Source of the DNA: Verrucomicrobia bacterium UBA1200
GTDB taxonomy: Bacteria; Verrucomicrobiota; Kiritimatiellia; RFP12; UBA1067
Direction of reading: 5' to 3'
DNA length: 64,000 nucleotides
Assembly: GCA_002309765.1 (NCBI GenBank)
Contig: DBXY01000017.1
Location: 52,820-116,819, forward strand
The notes under the pieces are model-generated. The model saw only the letters and a list, made by a program, of their open reading frames with translations, did not search any database and was not told the origin of the DNA. Below are positions 42,554 through 48,559 of the stretch, piece by piece. Numbering within the stretch: the first letter of the stretch is position 1; every line of letters begins with the position of its first letter. The position numbers were made by a program, and so were the translations under genes.

Positions 42554-43669
42554 TCACCTGGCCGTCCGGCACGAAATCTTGCTGAGCGTACAGGGGAAGT
42601 CGGTCTTGGTGTTGACCTTGTCCGGGGAGACTACGGCGTCGAAGTTCGAGATGACCAGATGGCCATGCCAGATTATCGGCTCGCCCGGCTGGTTCAACCC
42701 GCCGTTCAGCCCGTTGCCGTCGGGATCGCGCCGGATGACACTGATCTTTCCCTCCGGAGTGACCTTGGCGATGGCGTTGTTGGAAAAGTCGGCGACATAG
42801 ATGTTGTCACGGCTGTCCACGCAGATACCGTCGGTCGTCCGCATCTTCGTCTTCACCGCGCGGTCGATAAACCCCTTCGCAGCGGGATCGCCGTAATCGA
42901 AATCGGTCTTCGCAAAGAGGGTGTTGGAGGTGACCCTGCCCTCGGCGTCGAAGGTGACGCGGTGGAGCGTGCCGTCGCCGAAGTTGCCGACGAAGAGGTT
43001 GCCCTTGCTGTCGAAGACGATTCCGTCGAGACCGTACTGGCAATACGGGTTCTGTGTGACGAAGGTCAGGATCAGCTGCGGATCCTCTTTCGTGTTCTTG
43101 ACGGTGATATCCTTGTCGGTCGGGTTGAAGCGGTAGACGCCGCTCACCAGTTTGCCCGAAGGATCCTTGATGGCGGAGAGGCAGCTCTGGGTGACATAGA
43201 GTTTGCCGTTGTGGTAGCGGACACCGTTGGGATGCTCCATCCCGCGCGCGATTACGACGTAATCCGCCAGCTTGTCGTCCTTGAAGTTCAGGCGCAGCAG
43301 ACGGCCCTCGTTCTTGCCCTTCTCCGTGCCGGACCACCCCTGGTTGTCGCAGACGTACAGCTCGCCCTCCGGCCCGAAGCAGATGCCCATCGGAGCGGCG
43401 AGGCCGGTCTTCTCCAGCGTCGGAACCAGCGCCCAGCGGTAAGGAGTGCCGCCCGGCTCATCCAACCGGAAAAGCGCGGCCGGCTGTTTGGTGTCGTTGT
43501 AGTTCGGCGCGGCGATCACCAGCCGCCCCTTCGCGTCAATCGCCATCCCGTCCGGCGTCGTGCATGTCTCCGGAAAAACGGCGAACGGCTTCCCGCCGCA
43601 ACACGGACAACAACACCCCGCCAACAGGACGGACCCCAGTAAACCCATCATCAAGCCGAATCTGTTCAT
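42554..43669 (-). CDS. SMP-30/gluconolactonase/LRE-like beta-propeller lipoprotein
   Basis: 371 aa. Lipoprotein-type signal MNRFGLMMGLLGSVLLAGC followed by CCPCCGG. Blade motifs GPEGELYV, DSKGNLFV, DSRDNIYV. Paralogue of the 35070-36152 product. Confidence 0.7.
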   Translation of the reverse strand: MNRFGLMMGLLGSVLLAGCCCPCCGGKPFAVFPETCTTPDGMAIDAKGRLVIAAPNYNDTKQPAALFRLDEPGGTPYRWALVPTLEKTGLAAPMGICFGPEGELYVCDNQGWSGTEKGKNEGRLLRLNFKDDKLADYVVIARGMEHPNGVRYHNGKLYVTQSCLSAIKDPSGKLVSGVYRFNPTDKDITVKNTKEDPQLILTFVTQNPYCQYGLDGIVFDSKGNLFVGNFGDGTLHRVTFDAEGRVTSNTLFAKTDFDYGDPAAKGFIDRAVKTKMRTTDGICVDSRDNIYVADFSNNAIAKVTPEGKISVIRRDPDGNGLNGGLNQPGEPIIWHGHLVISNFDAVVSPDKVNTKTDFPCTLSKISCRTAR

Positions 43670-43739
43670 TCTAATTCTCCTTCGTTGCGCTCAACCACAA
43701 GACATCGGACATCGGGCACCAGACTTCCGGCACCGAATC

Positions 43740-43767
43740 CCTAAAACCTGACACCTAACACCTCAAT
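43740..43767. repeat. Four tandem heptamers (CCTAAAA CCTGACA CCTAACA CCTCAAT) spanning the deoC stop codon
   Basis: Read directly from the sequence. CTGACACCTAACACC (43748-43762) recurs as CTGTCACTAACACC at 45507-45520, just upstream of the ADH start. Confidence 0.55.
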
Positions 43768-44447
43768 TGCTTCAGCTCCTCGACGATCGCCACGCCGGCA
43801 CTGGTCCCGATTCGCGTGGCACCCGCGCGAATCATCTCAAACGCCGATTCCAGCGTCCGGATCCCGCCGGCCGCCTTGACGCCCATCTCGGGGCCGACCG
43901 TCCGGCGCATCAGGGCGATATCCGCCGCCGTCGCGCCGGCCGTTCCGAACCCGGTCGAGGTCTTGACGAAATCGACCCCCGCCTTCACCGCCAGCTCGCA
44001 GGTACGCACCTTCTGCTCATCGGTGAGGTAACATGTCTCTAGGATCACCTTGGAGATCACGCCGCGCGCGCGGCAGACATCCGCCATGTCCTTCAGCTCC
44101 GCGAACACCAGCGCGTCATTCCCGGCCTGAAGGGCACGGACGTTCTGGACCATGTCGATCTCGCCCGCGCCCTTGTCGATCGCGTCACGGATCTCGAACG
44201 CCTTTGCGGCGGATGTCATCTGGCCGAGCGGGAAGCTAATCGCGGCACCCACGCGGACTTTCGTCCCCTTAAGCAGCTCGACACACCGCGTCACCTCAGA
44301 CGGGTTAATCGCCACCATCGCGAAGCCGTATTCACGAGCTTCAGCGCAAAGCTTTTCGATCGGCTCCGGTCCGCCAAAAGGTTTCAGGAAGGTGTGGTCG
44401 ATCATCCCGGCGAGTTCGGCGGGCGTTATCGTCTCAACGTCATACAT
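43755..44447 (-). CDS. deoC: Deoxyribose-phosphate aldolase family (DeoC-type class I aldolase)
   Basis: 230 aa. IDHTFLKP, KVILETCYLTDEQK, DFVKTSTGF (Schiff-base Lys context) and VKAAGGIRT are the DeoC signature series. Confidence 0.85.
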   Translation of the reverse strand: MYDVETITPAELAGMIDHTFLKPFGGPEPIEKLCAEAREYGFAMVAINPSEVTRCVELLKGTKVRVGAAISFPLGQMTSAAKAFEIRDAIDKGAGEIDMVQNVRALQAGNDALVFAELKDMADVCRARGVISKVILETCYLTDEQKVRTCELAVKAGVDFVKTSTGFGTAGATAADIALMRRTVGPEMGVKAAGGIRTLESAFEMIRAGATRIGTSAGVAIVEELKQLRC

Positions 44448-44459
44448 GGTTGGCTCTCC

Positions 44460-45479
44460 CTAGAACGTCATCAGCACCTTGAGCGCCTCGCCCGACTTGA
44501 CGGCGGCGAGCGCCTTCTCCAGATCGGCGATGTTGAAGCGGTGGGTCACAAACTCGTCCGCGCTCAACTTGCCCTCTTTAATCCACTGGCAGATCGGCTC
44601 CATCGCCAGCCGCTCGCGCCAGCGGGTCGGCCACTGGTGGATGATTAAGTTGAAGTTGTAGGGACCCTTCCCCTTCTCGACCGTCAGGACCGGCTGGGAG
44701 ATCACGCCGTAGACGCCGATCGTCCCGCCAAGCTTAATCATCGGGATCGCGGCGTTGACGATCTTCTCGCTACCGACCGCATCGACGATCACATCGAAGG
44801 TCGAGGCCGGGAAGTTCACCTCCTCCGGCGCAAAGACGGCGTCCGCGCCCATCTCCAGTGCCCGCGCGCGCTTGTTCGGGTGCGGATCGACCAGCCCCAC
44901 CCACTTCACACCCATCAGTTTGGTGAACTTCACAAAGCTCATCCCGACCGGCCCCGCGCCATAGATCAGAATCTTGTCCTTGGGTTGGATGCTAAAATCG
45001 CCAATCCCGCCGTAGACCTCGCGCCAAGTGCAGAGCAGTGCGCCCGCATCGGCGCTGATCCCCTCGGGGACGGCGCGCTGGATCTCGCAGCTGTCAAACC
45101 AGCCGTGTTCCGCGTCCGCCACGCCGTCGCGAACCATCGCATCATGGTCGTGGACAATGACATACTCGCAGAATCCGCCCCATCCGGATGCGATGCCGGT
45201 GTCGCCGAAGTCCGAGACCATCCCGCCAATCACCCGGTCTCCGGGCTTGAACTGGGTCACCTTCTCGCCGATTTCCACCACGATCCCGGCATCTTCATGG
45301 CCCAATGCCATCGGATACTTCTCCATGCCGGGGAAGTGGCCTTCGATCAACTTGCTGTCGGTCGAATTGCAAAGCGCCATCACCTCTGTCTTGACCAACG
45401 CCTGATACGGACCAGGTTTCGGGGTCGGAACCTCCTGAATCTCCATCATACCCGGACGGGGAATCACCATCGCTTTCAT
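44460..45479 (-). CDS. Zn-dependent medium-chain alcohol/polyol dehydrogenase
   Basis: Start at ATG 45479 (MKAMVIP), with AAAGGAA upstream. CNSTDSKL (Zn Cys), GHEDAGIVVEIG and the GAGPVGM Rossmann motif. Confidence 0.85.
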   Translation of the reverse strand: MKAMVIPRPGMMEIQEVPTPKPGPYQALVKTEVMALCNSTDSKLIEGHFPGMEKYPMALGHEDAGIVVEIGEKVTQFKPGDRVIGGMVSDFGDTGIASGWGGFCEYVIVHDHDAMVRDGVADAEHGWFDSCEIQRAVPEGISADAGALLCTWREVYGGIGDFSIQPKDKILIYGAGPVGMSFVKFTKLMGVKWVGLVDPHPNKRARALEMGADAVFAPEEVNFPASTFDVIVDAVGSEKIVNAAIPMIKLGGTIGVYGVISQPVLTVEKGKGPYNFNLIIHQWPTRWRERLAMEPICQWIKEGKLSADEFVTHRFNIADLEKALAAVKSGEALKVLMTF

Positions 45480-45523
45480 CGCACTTTCCTTTCTCTTGCC
45501 AATCATCTGTCACTAACACCTGT

Positions 45524-45558
45524 CGTTGAGCGTTGAGGGTTGAGCGTTGAGGGTTGAG
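45524..45558. repeat. Five tandem heptamers (CGTTGAG CGTTGAG GGTTGAG CGTTGAG GGTTGAG) in the kinase-ADH spacer
   Basis: Read directly from the sequence. On the mRNA (minus) strand they read CTCAACC/CTCAACG x5. Confidence 0.7.
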
Positions 45559-45612
45559 AGAACGTCATTCGCCAGTCTTCAATGTTGTCAGTGGGACACG
45601 CGACAAGCGAAC

Positions 45613-45684
45613 GACATTCGACATCCGTCATCCCATTCTTCACTCTTCATTCTTCATTTTTCATTCTCTCTCGTCACTCGTCAC
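45613..45684. repeat. Eight tandem 7-nt units (GACATTC GACATCC GTCATCC CATTCTT CACTCTT CATTCTT CATTTTT CATTCTC) plus TCGTCAC x2
   Basis: Read directly from the sequence. On the mRNA strand an AUG/GUG triplet recurs every 7 nt, so it cycles through all three frames. The last TCGTCAC unit contains the kinase stop codon (45681-45683). Confidence 0.7.
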
Positions 45685-47207
45685 TTCCCCTTAGCCAACT
45701 CGCCATACACCTCAACCAGCCCGCGGTAAGCCTTCACGATCACAGCTTGCCGGTCACGGTAAAACGCAACATGTTCCGGAACCGGCCGCACCGTCTCGGC
45801 GGTCTTCAGCAGGTCATCCACGACATCAAAATTAGGGAAGATCCCGCAGGCCACGCCGCCGACGATCGCCGCGCCCATCGAGGTCGCCTCGGCCGTCGAT
45901 TGGAGCGTGTGGACCGGGCACCCGCAGGCGTCCGCCAGAATCTGCCGCAGTACCCGGCTCTGGGCGCCGCCGCCGATGATCCGCAATCCGTCATCGAACG
46001 AAACATGTTTCCGGAAGATATCGACGATGTACCCCAGGTTCATCGCCACCCCCTCCAGCACGGCCCGCAGCATATCGGCGCGTTTCGTCGCGAGGTTCAA
46101 TCCGATAAAGGCCCCGCGCGCGTCGGGATTCCACCAGGGCGTCCGCTCCCCCAGCATGTACGGTAGGAAAATCACCCCGTTCGCCCCGACCGGCGCCGCC
46201 TCGGCCTTCACGTCAATCAGCGCGTACTTCGAGACGCCGATCCGTTCGGCCTCGGCGGCCTCCTCGGCGCAAAGCTGTTCGGCGAGCCACTTGAAACTCG
46301 ATCCGGCGGTCTGCATCGTGCCCGACGGGTGGAGGTAGCCGGGCACACAGTGCGCCCAGTTCATCGTCCGCATCTCCGCGTCCACCACCGGCTTCGTCAC
46401 CGTGAGCCCGATCCAGCTGGAGGAGCCCATGCAGTTGTAGGCGGAACCGGGCCGCACGCAACCCACGCCGACCCCCGCCGCGCTCCCGTCGCCCCCGCCC
46501 GCCGCCACCGGCGTTCCCTCCAGCAGACCGGTCGCGGCGGCGGCCTCGGCCGTCAACCCGCCAAGAATGGCGGTGGACGGCAACGCCTCCGGGAAGAGGG
46601 ATTCCGGGATCTCCGCGCAGGCCAGCACCTCCTTCGACCACTTGAAGGTGTTGATGTCGAAGGCGTTGGTTCCGCTCGCGTCGGAGTAGTCGGTCGCCAT
46701 GCGTCCCGTCAGCCGGAAGTTGATGTAGTCCTTGGCGCAGAAGGTCTTGTCGGTCTTGGCGAAGACCTCCGGCTCGTGCTCGCGCAGCCACATCAGCTTT
46801 TCGAGCGAGTACGACGCGCTGACCCGGTGGCCGACGATCCGGTAGAAGTCCGCCTGCGGAATCTGCGCCAGAATCCGGTCCGCCTCGGCCGTCGCCCGTT
46901 GGTCGCAATAGAGCATCGAGGGCCGGAGCGCGTTCCCTGCCGCGTCAACCGGCGTGCAGCCCATCATCTGACCGCTCAGCGCGACCACCGCGATCTCGGA
47001 CGGTTTAACGGCGGCGCACTCCAGCAGGAGACGCGTCGATTCGCACACCGCCCTCCACCAATCCTCCGGATCCTGCTCCGCCCAGCAGCCGTTGAAGAAA
47101 TGGGAGTCATATGAGGCCAGAAAACTTCCGCAGGCGGTTCCGTCGGCGGCGTAGAGCGTCGCCTTGTTCCCGCTCGTCCCCAAATCGTGCGCCAGAATAT
47201 ACGGCAT
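45681..47207 (-). CDS. FGGY-family carbohydrate kinase (xylulokinase-like)
   Basis: 508 aa. N-terminal HDLGTSGNKA phosphate-1 motif, GGGDGSAAGVG, FLPYMLGERTPWWNPDARG and GGGAQS are typical of FGGY kinases of the XylB type. Confidence 0.88.
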   Translation of the reverse strand: MPYILAHDLGTSGNKATLYAADGTACGSFLASYDSHFFNGCWAEQDPEDWWRAVCESTRLLLECAAVKPSEIAVVALSGQMMGCTPVDAAGNALRPSMLYCDQRATAEADRILAQIPQADFYRIVGHRVSASYSLEKLMWLREHEPEVFAKTDKTFCAKDYINFRLTGRMATDYSDASGTNAFDINTFKWSKEVLACAEIPESLFPEALPSTAILGGLTAEAAAATGLLEGTPVAAGGGDGSAAGVGVGCVRPGSAYNCMGSSSWIGLTVTKPVVDAEMRTMNWAHCVPGYLHPSGTMQTAGSSFKWLAEQLCAEEAAEAERIGVSKYALIDVKAEAAPVGANGVIFLPYMLGERTPWWNPDARGAFIGLNLATKRADMLRAVLEGVAMNLGYIVDIFRKHVSFDDGLRIIGGGAQSRVLRQILADACGCPVHTLQSTAEATSMGAAIVGGVACGIFPNFDVVDDLLKTAETVRPVPEHVAFYRDRQAVIVKAYRGLVEVYGELAKGK

Positions 47208-47216
47208 GGCTTCCCC

Positions 47217-47702
47217 CTAGTTGAAAAGTTTCGCGCCGGAGAAGCCGATCAGGCCGGTCAGCACCCCGCCCAGAATTCCGCCGAGCAGCGCCCAGAAGAT
47301 GCGCGGCAGACTCTCCTTCACCAGCGCGCCGCGCGTACCGCGCTTCGCGCCCACCAGCCCGTGTACCCAGAAACCGCAGAAGATCGCGCTGCCCATATCG
47401 ACCCACGGGCTCGCCGCGTAGAAGGCCTGGTTGATCAGGCCGAACTGCTGGACATTCCCGTCCGCGTCCTTGATCTGGTCGGGGTTGATCCCGAATCCCG
47501 GCAATTTGTGGTTCAGCAGCCAGAAGGTCCCGATCAGGAACGCCGCGCTGATGAAACCGCCGATTGGCCCAAAATCCTTCACCAGCTTCGGCCAGCATAT
47601 CAGCACCGCGAAAGTCGCGATGAACGCACCGAAGATCGATGAGATGACCGAGGCGGGCGTCATGCCCCACACTTCACTATACGTTGAAAGAAATTCCGTC
47701 AT
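47217..47702 (-). CDS. Small 4-TM membrane protein, paralogue B (candidate transporter subunit)
   Basis: Start at ATG 47702, with GAGG 7 nt upstream. About 161 aa with four hydrophobic helices. It shares the motif GGF(I/L)(S/T)A(A/T)F(L/V)IG..W..NH with the upstream gene. 9-nt gap to the kinase gene. Confidence 0.7.
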   Translation of the reverse strand: MTEFLSTYSEVWGMTPASVISSIFGAFIATFAVLICWPKLVKDFGPIGGFISAAFLIGTFWLLNHKLPGFGINPDQIKDADGNVQQFGLINQAFYAASPWVDMGSAIFCGFWVHGLVGAKRGTRGALVKESLPRIFWALLGGILGGVLTGLIGFSGAKLFN

Positions 47703-47710
47703 CCCGTACC

Positions 47711-48136
47711 TCACGCTTTCGTCTCATCTCGCCACGCGGGCACCACCTGTTTCGCGATATGGGCCGCCACGCCCGCCAGCGACCCGCCAATGATGCAGCA
47801 CACCAGCGTCGGCCAAATCTTTGCGAGCGCGCCCCAGCAGTACGACCAGCCGCAGGCCGAGGGGTCCAGCGGCCAAAACCGGACAACGCCCCACGCGACA
47901 CCCGCGCCAAAGATCGGCAACCCCTGGTCAACCCAAAGTTTCCCGTCGGGATTCTCAATCACCCCCAGCCAATGGTTCATATACCACGAAATCCCGATAA
48001 CGAACGTCGCCGTCAGGAAACCGCCCATGATGCCATACGTTTTCCACATCTCCGGCCAAACCCCGAACGAGAGCGACCCGACAATCGCCCCGCCAATCAG
48101 AGTGGTCAGACTCCGTTTCCAGCCACCTTTGTCCAT
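47711..48136 (-). CDS. Small 4-TM membrane protein, paralogue A (candidate transporter subunit)
   Basis: 141 aa with four hydrophobic helices. MGGFLTATFVIGISWYMNHW parallels IGGFISAAFLIGTFWLLNH in paralogue B. AGGAAAGGGG RBS region upstream. Confidence 0.7.
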   Translation of the reverse strand: MDKGGWKRSLTTLIGGAIVGSLSFGVWPEMWKTYGIMGGFLTATFVIGISWYMNHWLGVIENPDGKLWVDQGLPIFGAGVAWGVVRFWPLDPSACGWSYCWGALAKIWPTLVCCIIGGSLAGVAAHIAKQVVPAWRDETKA

Positions 48137-48167
48137 TCACATACCCCTTTCCTAATTTTCTAAACCC

Positions 48168-48197
48168 ATTTTACCCGCAAACCTCCCCAAAAGGCAA
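48168..48197 (-). promoter_or_regulatory. Sigma70-like promoter candidate (TTGCCT-18-TAAAAT) for the six-gene operon
   Basis: -35 at 48192-48197 and -10 at 48168-48173 on the minus strand. The -10 ends 31 nt upstream of the ATG at 48136. Confidence 0.4.
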
Positions 48198-48232
48198 GCC
48201 AAAAAAAGAAGCATCGGTATTCGGGCGAATCT

Positions 48233-48272
48233 CGATATTTTCAAGTGCCACCTGAAAATATCGGTTAAAAAC
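48233..48272. promoter_or_regulatory. 40-bp palindromic element, copy 2 (CGATATTTTCAAGTGCCACCTGAAAATATCGGTTAAAAAC)
   Basis: 38 of 40 nt identical to 38158-38197, in the same orientation relative to the downstream minus-strand gene. It lies 97-136 nt upstream of the ATG at 48136. Confidence 0.6.
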
Positions 48273-48340
48273 CGCACATCCGCGATGGCGGAGAAACCAG
48301 TCGGCACAACCGCCGCCACGAAGGCGAAACCCCCGGAAAG

Positions 48341-48484
48341 ATCATGATTCGTGCCGCCCAGCTTCCCGACTTTCAAAAAGACCCTGTCGATAGAATTATT
48401 ATTGCCACTTCGCTGGTCTATGATTTGATGATCGTGACCGGTGACAGCAAGTTTCTTCAATACGGCGTCAGAACCATCTGTTGA
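48341..48484 (+). pseudogene. vapC 3' fragment (last 47 codons plus stop), with no start codon and no antitoxin
   Basis: Translates IMIRAAQLPDFQKDPVDRIIIATSLVYDLMIVTGDSKFLQYGVRTIC*. There are 4 aa differences and 9 nt differences from the intact vapC (42194-42337). Confidence 0.85.
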
Positions 48485-48510
48485 ACACGCCTGCCGCCTG
48501 AAAAGAAAAA

Positions 48511-48541
48511 GCCGGGGCGGCCTAAAAAGACCGCACCCGGC
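48511..48541. terminator. GC hairpin downstream of the 1751-aa gene and the vapC fragment (bidirectional terminator candidate)
   Basis: GCCGGGGCGG-CCTAAAAAGA-CCGCACCCGGC, flanked by an A-run and TTT. Confidence 0.45.
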
Positions 48542-48559
48542 TTTAAAACCGAATCCCTC

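Noticed and set aside
42449-43642. 397-aa plus-strand ORF
   Set aside because: It is antisense to the SMP-30-like lipoprotein gene, which has clear blade repeats and a paralogue in the window.
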